From contig CAXUWE010000002.1 of NCBI GenBank assembly GCA_964255105.1, forward strand, positions 1 through 52,827: a DNA stretch of 52,827 bases, in the 5' to 3' direction. The notes beneath the pieces were generated by a model. It was given only the letters and a program-made list of their open reading frames with translations, was not told the DNA's origin and did not search any database. Position numbers and translations under genes: made by a program. Origin of the DNA: Porpidia crustulata. Taxonomy: Eukaryota. Shown piece after piece: positions 25,479-35,876 of this stretch (position 1 is its first letter; every line of letters begins with the position of its first letter).

Positions 25479-25800
25479 TAAGGCAATACAACAAGTGTTG
25501 ACGTCTGCAAATGCAGCGATACATTAAGACGCTAGCGCTGACCTTGATATCTGTTGTGCTTGTACCACCAGAAGCTCCGAAAACCTAATGCCAGCTCCAC
25601 ATAGCAAGTTGTTTCAAGGAGAAGACCAAGATATAGTTATACCTGCGAGAAGCTCGAGACAGGGCACACCAAAATTGCTGCCTGCATCACTTGATATATG
25701 CATATCGATTTCACTAATTCGCGCAGCCTTCCAATGCAATAAATCCCCAAACGGCTTGCGTGACTAACCCACATGCCATTTACCAAATCCAACATTTCGA

Positions 25801-26640
25801 CTAGTCCTTCTTGTGATAGTTCACCTTAGGATTCCAGCTATATCGATGTCAGCAGCCGTATTCCTCAGCAGATTCCAGACCCGCTCCAAAACATTCCCAT
25901 CACATATCAATTTATGTGACGTCAATAGCATCACGCCGATTGATCGCTTCGCCCACACTCTTACTCCAAGGAAACTTCAATCAATTGCCCGACTCGACTA
26001 AGACAGCTCCTTAAATCCACGGCACTCTGAATTCCACATCCGCTCACATCGAAGGAACAATTCACTTACAAAAGAGTCTAAGCATCACGACTCGGTCAGT
26101 TCCTATCTCGGTGCGTTTCAGTTGTGTTGAGAGTAGACTTTACTTACCTTATCACCATTACCCCAAAAGAAATTCTTTGTCCTTATGTTCTGGTAAGGGT
26201 ATTCCACACGCTCCTCCAAGGGTGGCAGGTGCTCCCAATGTTCCCAATGCTCATTCCAGAGATTATAGGCATTGACCGCACTGAGTATCAGGCATGGGAT
26301 GCAAACACTAGTACCGTTAAATATCGCAATTCTCGAGGGCGCATGATGATGAGGGGCCAATACTAGATGGAGAGTTTCCGCCAGAGATCTATCAACAGGT
26401 AAGCCATCCCAAAAGTCTCGCCATCAATAGTAGAGGACTCCGTGGTTCCGTACCAGCTGATTCTGCGGCATGTGCCTTGACGGCCAGTCGCTCCCGATTG
26501 AATGCATTGTCCATGGGGCCCTCGAGCTTAGTGGGTAGTTGGTGGCTGGCAAAACGCTGCTGTAAATATTGACGAACAGTGGGAGATTGGGAGTTTCGAC
26601 TGATACGCTGCGAAGCGCGCACTATCTGTTTTGGAAGCAT
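25801..26640 (-). CDS. COX13: Cytochrome c oxidase subunit VIa, 5 exons including an 8-nt exon
   Basis: MLPKQIVR...NAFNRERLAVKAHAAESA/DLWRKLSI/...HWEHLPPLEERVEYPYQNIRTKNFFWGNGDK/TLF/WNPKVNYHKKD-TAG. Confidence 0.96.
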
Positions 26641-26844
26641 GCTGGTTCTGGTGATGGCAATAGCTCGAGAACGTTGAGATTGGTTAGGCGTCGGAAGCCA
26701 TTCACCCATTGCACCTGACTTGTGGCACTCCTGTGCGTAGCCGAGGATTGCTGACATAAGCGAACATGGTGGCAGGCCTCATACTTGCGATACTTGGTGG
26801 AGGCTCTGGAGGGCCATGAAGCGTCGGAAATCTACGGGGGCAAC

Positions 26845-29142
26845 ATGGGCATCCGTATCACCACATGGAATGGTATAATGGTTTTACATGCTTTGGAAAT
26901 TATTGCTGATTGGAATGTTAGTAAATGGTATTCGGTAAGTCACCGTCCGTCCCTGGAGCCATCAACTTTACGTCTAGCTCCAGTAAACTCATATCAGGAG
27001 GATGTGCTACTGAATGCTTCTGTCAGAAATCCATTCGGCTACCAGCCATGGCGAGAGCAGCGTTCGTTCGCGGTAAGCTTCCCAATGTACTAAGCCTAGA
27101 CGGTCCCGAAAGCTAAACGGTGTAGGCAATGTTCGATATCCTCGAGGCTGATATCGTGATTTTTCAAGAAACCAAAATCCAGCGTAAAGATCTCGATGAT
27201 GGTATGGTGCTGGTGCCCGGATGGGATTGCTTTTTCAGCCTGCCCAAACATAAGAAAGGTACACGGGAGACATCGAGGCCCTCGGGCTATAATAGTGACA
27301 TATTCTAGGCTATTCAGGCGTAGTCGTGTACACGAGGCAGTCCGTCTGTGCCCCTATTCGCGCCGAAGAGGGTATCACAGGGCTACTATGTCCACCGAAT
27401 TCGTCTGCAGACTTCTCGGAGCTTCCAGAGGAGCAGCAAATTGGAGGCTATCCTACAAGCGCACAACTGTCCGCCTCTCCAATTGATGCCGTAACTCTAG
27501 ACTCAGAAGGACGGTGTGTGATTGTGGAATTCCCTGCTTTTGTACTCCTGGGAGTCTACTGTCCGGCGAATCGTGACGAGACAAGAGATGATTTTCGCCT
27601 CGGTTTCCTTGATCTTCTTGATGCTCGTATCCGAAACCTGATTGCAATAGGCAAGCGCGTCTTCCTGGCAGGCGACTTGAATATCTCTAGGGAAGAACTT
27701 GACACCGCAAATCCTGAGAGTGCGTTGCGCAAGCATGGTCTGACGGCGGAAGAATACGCTTCAACACCCGGGCGCCGTCTTTTCAATCAAATGCTGGAAG
27801 GTGGGAAGGTGTTTGGGGGGAAAGATGAAGGGAGGGAGAAGCCAGTTATGTGGGATATTTGCCGAGCCTTCCACCTAGGACGCAAAGGCATGTTTACATG
27901 CTGGGAGCAGAAGACCAACGCACGACCTGCAAATTGTGGTGCTCGTATCGACTACGTGCTTTGCAGTCTCGCCATGAAGGAGTGGTTCTTAGAGTCCAAC
28001 ATACAAGAGGGACTTATGGTAGTTCCCCTGCGCCCAAGTTTGTTGTGGAATGCTAATTCGAGTTGCAGGGGTCAGATCATTGTCCAGTGTATGCCATCAT
28101 CAACGATAAGGTATCCATTGACGGCGTAGAGGTGGATGTATGTGACGTTATGAATCCACCAAAGATGTTTATCGAAGGCAAACGTCAGCGGGACCATGCT
28201 AGGAAAGACTTATTGCCATTGTCGGGAAAGCTGATCCCAGAATTTGACGGTCGAAGAAACATAGGCGATATGTTTGCCCGTAAACCTTCTGTTCCACTAT
28301 TGCAAAGCGCAATCGTCTTGAAGTCGGGATTAGACGATGCTCCATCTGCAAAAAAAAGACTCGGCACGGTGACCAAAGATTCTACTCCTACAGCAAGCGC
28401 CGCCCTCTCTCCAAGCTCTGAGGGTGCAACTACGCCGGCAAGCCCATTGCCATCGCCAAATCGAAAGCGGTCTTCGACTGATGTAGCTCCCAGTAACACG
28501 CCCAAGCGCATGAAACCCGGAGTTGCGTCAAAGCCACGTTCTACAGCCGTCAAGGGGCAGCAAAGTTTACGGGGTTTCTTCACTTCAAAGGCTACTCCTA
28601 GTCCAAATACTGGGGGCAGTGTATCTGAACAACAAACCACGCCTTTGCGCTCCGAGGATGACACTCCGCACCATATCCTTGTGCCGGTTCTTAATTTGGT
28701 AGAAGGAAGCCCGACTACTAACTTGGGCAGCCAAACATGCGTAGCAACAAGCTCTACACAAGGTGTAGTCTGCGCACCTTCAATCAAATACCAGATGGAC
28801 GGCTTTGAATCTTCCGAAGCATCTCCATTGACCGGTGGTGCAAGCACATTCACAGAGAATACTGTGCATGATCCAATCGAGAGCAAAGAATCTTGGACGA
28901 AGCTTTTCACGAAGCCAGCAGCTCCCAGATGCGAAGGGCACAATGAACCGTGCATTAGCCTTCTTACAAAGAAAAGCGGCATGAACAATGGGCGGTCTTT
29001 TTGGATGTGTCCTCGACCGATTGGCCCAACTGGAGCGAAGGAAAAGAACACACAGTGGCGTTGCCAGACATTCATATGGTGCAGCGATTGGAACCCGAAT
29101 AGTCTTGAACCTGCACCCATTGGTCACGCGTACAAGTCGTGA
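26845..29142 (+). CDS. APN2: AP endonuclease / DNA lyase Apn2, multi-exon
   Basis: MGIRITTWN/VNGIR, DIVIFQETK, K/GYSGV, LDSEGRCV, GVYCPA, AGDLNIS, ARIDY, GSDHCPV. PIP-like QQSLRGFF and a C-terminal GRF zinc finger (CEGHNEPC...GRSFWMCPRP...CQTFIW). Confidence 0.97.
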
Positions 29143-30390
29143 ATATTTACCGAAGAGGATTTGCTGGCTAGCAGCATATTTGGCAGGTGACTACCTACCC
29201 TTTTATGCCCTCCCTGCAACTCTCGACAGATTATACCTGTCCTAGGTGTGTACGAGCAAGCCTCCATCTGCCAAGTATGACAGCCACTCACACATTCATA
29301 GTCAGCATTACCGCTTTGGACGCAACAAGAGTGAGGATTAATCTATGAATGGCCACGCTGGCAAGCCACGCAGCAGGACGAGTGATGGTAATGGGCCTAC
29401 AAGGGAACTTGTCAAGACCGGCTGGGAAGCCGTGACACCTTCGGTTTGGCTACTGGATACGGGATAGCTGGACCGGATAGAAGCGTTCAATGAATACTAG
29501 AGGATGAGAGTAAAGGAACAAGATTTAGATATATCGCCTGCAATATAGACGAAGCCACATGGATTTTAAAATTCTCCCTCAAGTCTAAAAATTCTCAACG
29601 CATGTACAGAGATGGTAGCAGCACGCAAGAGTGACCAGCAAAACTTCCCGATGGGTTTACAGGTTGCAGGATAGTTGTCCAGTCCCTCGGCTGCCCCCTT
29701 ACCAAAGCTATCGTGTTTCATAGAAAGATTGACCTGGGACAGATGCCGGCTATGAAAGGGCAGGCGGGTTCAGCGGAGGTAGCGCTCGATCCCTCGTACT
29801 GCCCTAAGGCGCCCCTCCGGATCACCGCGGCTACGAGATATGCCGTTATTTCCTAGGCCCTCGACCAAACGCAAGAAGATGAGTTGCGGATAGGGGCGTC
29901 TGTAGTTTTGCTCAAGGGTGATGCGCCGGTCTTGGCCTCTCCAGATCGAGCAGCGGGAGGGGTTGAGACTCTGGTGAATGTTCAATGTGCTAAGGATCTT
30001 CACGAGGGGGGGATCGCATGATCAACCCGATCGAGTCATGTCCCAAATTTTCACTCCTCTGACACTGACAATCATAGCCAATTAGCGAAGGATGGTCTTG
30101 TGTGACTTACATTGAGGTGAATGAGTTTGTATTCACCGACAGTCTGGTAAAGCACAACAAAGGAAACCAAATTACTAGCAGGCTCTTTCGAGGCTAGTGT
30201 GCATAGCCCCGACAAAACGCCTCTCGGGACAAAGGCATGTGATTTCCTAGATCGTGTTTGACGTTTGCACTGGTGATGGTGTCGGAGGTTTTTTTGCGCA
30301 ATCGGAAAGTGCTCGGATTCACTTCATGTGGGCCGGGGGTAAAAACAACGTAATTGCCCCTGATGTCCGTTTCTCTTCCAATTCCATCCA

Positions 30391-31673
30391 ATGACCGAAA
30401 TGTCCAACGAAGTGATCATGGAGGATTATGAATCCGCTTCCCAAGCTGCGGAAAGCGATGCAGACTCGGATGTTCCGTTTGATAAGGGGGATGTTCGTAG
30501 TGAGTACTCCTTGCGTCAACCCCAAGATTGGCCTGGTACTTACAGGCCGTTTCCAAGCTGGATCTCCATGCAGCCACGACTTCTTGCAAGCAATCATAAG
30601 CGTGTTGCAATCAGTCATCGTGCTCTACGAGATGGAGGATGACACTTATTACAACGCAAAAAACGAAGATACATTGGTAACGGTCAAGAAAGAGCTGCAA
30701 CGCCTTGAAGACCATCCAGAGCTGTACCCAAGCGCAGCTGAGAAATCCGAATTCTTGCAAATCGTCCATGTGCTCTGCGACTTCATGGTGGAAGAGCTGA
30801 TTCCCCACGAAAGCCAAAATTATGAATTCATCAAAAAATTCGTGGACGACTACAACAAAACGCTTATCCTGCCGGCTTACGATGGCGAGCGGACGTCGTG
30901 GCAACAAGTCTTCCACACTCGAGCGCCGGGCACAGGTTTCGATGTCGGTCAAGTGGATGGGAACTCGAGCAGCCAAATAGTGCCGTACGGTGGCTTCAAA
31001 CTCCAGCTCAACCTACGTCGCCAGTTCCAAACCGCTAAAGATGAAATGCAGCGGGTAGGCAAAGTCCCTTGCGACGTGATCAGCTATTGATTGCTAAATA
31101 CAAATCCAGCTACACGGCGATATTGTAGCATCTGGGGCATTAGGAGCGCCAACGGCAGCAGGAATGGGAATGATTGCAGGAAAGGTACGACCTGATTTAC
31201 AATCTTGGCCCAGTAGCATCGCCATCACTAACTTTCTGTAGCGCTCTAATTTCGAAGGCATAAAGATGTCTGAGTGCAAAATGCGAAAGCCTGTTGGAAC
31301 AGTTCGTAGTCTGAACCATAAGTTCTATGATTATGCTTACTTTCTACAGGTGCAGCTCCCTCTTCGAAATTTGACGGTATGTATCTCACAAGTTCCCATT
31401 TCACGATCAACGGACTCACCACTGAAAGGGATCTAAGAGAGCTCAAGAAGCCCAGGGGATGACAAGTCTCGAAGAATTGAACAGAGATTACGGTAGGGAA
31501 ATTAATATCCGTAGATTCTGATGCAATGCTAATTGCCCCGAAAAGCTATGTTGGACGGACGGCCTCCAACTCCAGAGTCTGTAAACCCAGCCTTACTTGT
31601 CCAGGATTTTGATTTACCCGCGGGATACCTGAGGCGCCTTATAGCTGCTAGAGCACCTTTCGTGTGGAGGTAA
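30391..31673 (+). CDS. Auxiliary MAT1-1 idiomorph gene (MAT1-1-7/MAT1-1-5-like by position only), about 319-335 aa
   Basis: Exons 30391-30499, 30558-31054, 31110-31184, 31242-31301, 31350-31376, 31429-31492 and 31546-31673 splice into one open frame with GT donors, branch-like motifs and AG acceptors. Lies between APN2 and MAT1-1-1, co-oriented with MAT1-1-1. No recognisable domain. Confidence 0.72.
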
Positions 31674-32107
31674 TTTAATTAGTATGCAAGCTTTAGTGTT
31701 AGGATCGAAGGCCGCAAGGTACCAATCTGTATCATGGAAGTGCAGGAGCATTTTGTCAAACATGTCTTCTAAGTGAATTGACCAGAATGATTACGAAACA
31801 GGTTTGGCTGGTCTCTTTGTGAAGTGAATAAAGAAACTTGACTCACCTCACCATTTTTTTCTCTACACTAGCCCAACACAACCATCTGGTCAAAACAACT
31901 TCAGTACGTGACCTAAAAATTCTCTTCAAAATAACATTCCCAACATAATCAAACTCTTACCGTCATCAGGTTCTCGTCACATTAGCAGGCTGTTGAGTTG
32001 ATTACTTAACTCTGCACATTGATAATCTTTTCACTGCTTTTGGCAGCTCATACCAACCTCACATTTGTCGCAATCTGATCTTACCTCCTCGACTCAAGTA
32101 AGTCAAT

Positions 32108-33177
32108 ATGAGCATCAATCTAGCTGGCCAGGATTTATCCAGTACTCACAAAGATTATCAATACACTACCACCGTATTCAATCAAGCCTCTGGATCTAAG
32201 GCCACCAAACCTTTGATAAAGTACACGGCATTTGTAAAGACCAAGATGAATGATAGCGCCGATTCTGATACTTCAGCCAAGACAACTCGACCTTTGAATT
32301 CTTGGATGGCGTATAGAAGTATGGTATCTTGGTGACTATTCCTAAGACATCCGCTGACTTTATCTCAGAGTATTACTCTATCTTGTTCACCAAATTTCAG
32401 CAGAAGGATATCTCTGGAGTCCTTACCTTCATGTGGCATAACGATCCTTTCAAGGCAAAGTGGGCTATTCTCGCAAAGGCTTATTCAGTCATCCGTGACC
32501 ATGAGGGAAAGGAGAACGCCCCTCTTGGCAAGTTCCTTCTGATCAACTCCGACTTCATCGGTATCGTGGCGCCAGGTTCTTATATGGCTGTTCTTGGCTT
32601 CGAAATCTATACGAACATCGATGGTCAGCTTATGCTTCGTCGCGAATCTATGACCAACAATTTCAGCTCACACTTGCTCACAACCGACAAATCTGTCAAC
32701 GATGTCATCAAGAATAGCTACCAGAATGGTCTTGTCACGGGCTGCCCGTCTCAACCTGCGGTCATCGGTAACGGACCAGTGCTGACAATGGCCATCTCAG
32801 CGCAGCCATCCTCATTCCATGGTACCACCAATGGAGATCATAAAGGACAGCTTGGGGACGCGAACACTGGATCCAAACAACAGACCGCATCGGGCAATGG
32901 AGGCATTCAAACTCAATTGAAAATGAGTTCAATGTTCAACCCGGAAAATCTCACTCCATTGTTGTCACATTACATCAATACCTATGGATCTAGTTCCAAA
33001 ACGGATCCAGCAGTCTCCACCTTGGGAAATAGTGTGTTCCGCCTCGAGGGAGAATATCCCTACCTTCCCGAGTTCGATCCCTCGCTCCCCAGCCAGGTGT
33101 ACAATCCATTCATTGGCAACCACTTCAATACGTTCAACATGAGTGATTGGGTAGACGAGGATGCTTTCGAACGGTGA
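32108..33177 (+). CDS. MAT1-1-1: Mating-type alpha-box transcription factor MAT1-1-1
   Basis: Alpha box RPLNSWMAYR/KYYSILFTKFQQKDISGVLTFMWHNDPFKAKWAILAKAYSVIRD, with the conserved intron at 32319-32368. A possible further intron at 33174-33220 would extend the CDS to 33350. Confidence 0.97.
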
Positions 33178-33594
33178 GTTTTCTTTGATTCTTCAAGAAA
33201 TGGAAGCTAACGTATTGCAGAAAATGCTTTACTTGGAACAAAGGCACGGGATACGCTGGGTATTTTTGTAACTCGTTCCCAATAAACATAGATCAATTGG
33301 AGAGGCTAGTAAACATGATCAACAACAATTTGATTACCAGATATTTATGAACGATGATGCCGAGAATGCATTAAAGATAGCTTACATATTCAAATAAATG
33401 ACTTGATGATAACAAATACCGAGACCATGTAACTCATTCGTATCATTGTGAGCATCCTCCAGATCAGATAATCGGAAAAGTTAAGGTGAAAAAGTAGCTT
33501 CGTTCTATTATAAGCATTCGAGAGCTTGCTGACTTGCATCAGAAGACTCAAGCTTCCGAGTCAGCTGTTCGACATATATCTCTAGGACCCTACC

Positions 33595-34036
33595 ATGCGT
33601 TTGAATAATCAAGCGCTCTTTGATCAACCCCACAACGCTCACAAGAAGCTCAACGAAGCAGAGAAGACCTTACTGGCCCGAGTGGAGCGTGTTACAAGGA
33701 CGTTGTCGAAAGCTGGTGTAATTAGAATCATAAGCCGTGATTGACAGTAATCGGCTGACTGGTCGAATACTGGTCGAAGCAAAGGAGTCCCGAATGCGTG
33801 CAGTTACGAAGATGGAACAGGTGACCCTACGCACGCTCTGGCGGATAGACCGTTCTTGCGTTGCTCGATATCTGAATCCTGGAGCGGAGAATTACAAGCC
33901 CAAGAAATCTGTTCTCATTCATTGAGATCACCGTGTTGGGCGGTCAACAAAGAAGAACGACTGGGCAATGGCTGTTTCGACTAAGATGAGGAGTTTCGAC
34001 CTGAAACAGGTCGTTGTCAATAGGATTGATGAATAA
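33595..34036 (+). pseudogene. Possible decayed coding sequence downstream of MAT1-1-1
   Basis: Protein-like frames MRLNNQALFDQPHNAHKKLNEAEKTLLARVERVTRTLSKAG and ...TLWRIDRSCVARYLNPG...VLIH*DHRVGRSTKKNDWAMAVST..., with intron-like signals (GCTGAC branch motifs) and an in-frame TGA at 33923-33925. No family recognised. Confidence 0.3.
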
Positions 34037-34974
34037 GGAGAGTTGTATGACGAACCATAAGCCGTTACGCCAATGACCTCTCATATCTTTGGTCCCTCAT
34101 ATTTTTACATTAGATGTGATAGCCTCTAAGAACCATTGAGGTCTCTGAGTTCCGATGTATTCAATTGATCATATGTGTATCACGCCCCAGAATTTAGTAT
34201 CACGAATGGGTAAGGCAGCTCGCAGCAACTATTCTGCCTTGAAGAGCGGCTTGTATGGCCAAGCTGAGCTTCTAGCCACCATGCACTGTGCGGACGAACA
34301 CTATAAAGAGAGATTTCTTCTATCATGTATCTTGCCATCAGAGAATCAAGATCAGATATTCTTTTCTACTCTAGAGATCTGCAAAGGCTTTCTTCATGGA
34401 ACGGCAGTACAGCGTATCAAACTATAATTGACCATATTCTTTCCAGGATGTTGGTATATACGATCCAAGAGTACTACGTTTTGGATTGTGGGGAGCGGGA
34501 GCCATGTAATATCGAGATGCTACACCTACGCACGATGAGCATGCTGATCTAGATTTGCGCAGTAATGGGCTTGCTGACGAATTTGTTGACATGGTGCGAG
34601 TTTCGTAGATGGCGAAGTTGCTAACCATAGTACGTCGCGCTTAATGCGAATCGCTTCTAGCGATGGCATCGCGGCTTTCCCCATTTTCCTATATACTACT
34701 ACAGAATCTCAAGTGATGCAGTCTCGTCGCGTCATTTGTTCTGCCTCCTGGTTTTGTAGGTGTTATAGTTACCCGTTATCCTACCTAGTTCTTCGGTGGG
34801 TTATCAAAAGCTTCTGTTGATTTGGTACTCTATATTCTAAAGCAGAAGACTGTCATCTATTTACATCCTGTTTCAATTTCAGACGACTTCATGATTTACT
34901 GCACTCGGTATCTCCCTCCATCACTTGAAGAATCTATTGATCTTTCTTGAGCCCCATTGATGGGACTCTATCTC

Positions 34975-35519
34975 TTCACGAGTAAGCGTCAGCCACCCGC
35001 GTTACCCTATGTCTACATATACAGCTCTTTCCCAGTGGGGAAAGCCGGGATGAACCAGAAATTCCGTAGGTAGAGTATACGCCCGTTCAAGGCAATTTTG
35101 GCTAAAAGTCTAGTTCATCTCAAATACAGAAGCGGGACCGCTCGCTGAGAAATTCACCGAATCACACGTTCACCTTCAAACGGTTTGAGGCTTCATATCA
35201 GAGCGCGAAAAGCACTTGGACAAAGTATTCCGCAGGTCTTTTGTAGATTCCTTCTCATTCTTCGTGACTGGTCGTTCTATCTTGGTTGATCTGTATCCGC
35301 TCCGAAAGCAGACAGTTGACTTGATTCCGCTCCCAGCTATTAGATTTACCTCCAGAGAAACGCTGCGGGCGACTGGTGAGAGTCATGTCAGTAGGAGCGA
35401 TGGTGGAGGGTTGTGGGTGGATTTGGTTGTTAGCAGCAGACGACAGAGTGGTGTGGAGTAGATCGATAGTTTCAGCGCCAACTTCAAAGGTAATATATGG
35501 GGCTGAGTTACATAAACAT
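34975..35519 (-). pseudogene. Possible decayed gene divergent from REV3
   Basis: CT-rich leader, ATG at 35519 and an intron-like segment 35511-35373 (GTAACT...ACTGAC...CAG). The frame RPQRFSGGKSNSWERNQVNCLLSERIQ is then broken by stops. Later FSQNCLERAYTLPTEFLVHPGFPHWERA is followed by GTATAT...GCTGAC...AAG. Confidence 0.28.
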
Positions 35520-35826
35520 AATAAGACGGTAGAATATACAACAGATGATGTGTTGTATTAAGAATCGGAATTCTTTGGAAAGTGCCGATGCCGGTAGAGA
35601 AGAAGATTGTTAGTGTTACGATGTAGTGACGGGCAGGGCTAACCGGCCCGTGATGCCCGCGTCTACATACCTTGTTATTTATAGATACCTTAGATATATC
35701 TACAATTATATTAGGCGACACCCTAACCAAGATTGAAAGCCTTCGAGTCGCAACATCTAAAATCAACATTCTAGCGCCTTGCTCCAGAAACATCACCTTG
35801 ATACCGCTGTGCCTCGCTATCTCGCC

Positions 35827-35876
35827 ATGCACTCGAAACGCTTTCATGTTGTGAGCTCCGTGCACCCAATGATGCA
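35827..35876 (+). promoter_or_regulatory. Out-of-frame upstream ATGs of REV3
   Basis: ATGs at 35827, 35869 and 35872 share one frame that is open to 36099 and overlaps REV3 exon 1. A fourth at 35846 reads ATG-TTG-TGA. All are out of frame with the ATG at 35877. Confidence 0.55.

Noticed and set aside
28185..29120. 311-aa antisense ORF over APN2
   Set aside because: Shadow of a Ser/Pro/Thr-rich coding region, with no recognisable motifs.
29743..30021. About 93-codon plus-strand frame with one internal TAG between APN2 and the auxiliary MAT gene, and an opposite 77-aa ORF
   Set aside because: No splice structure or family motif (no HMG box), and the length is compatible with chance in a GC-richer patch.
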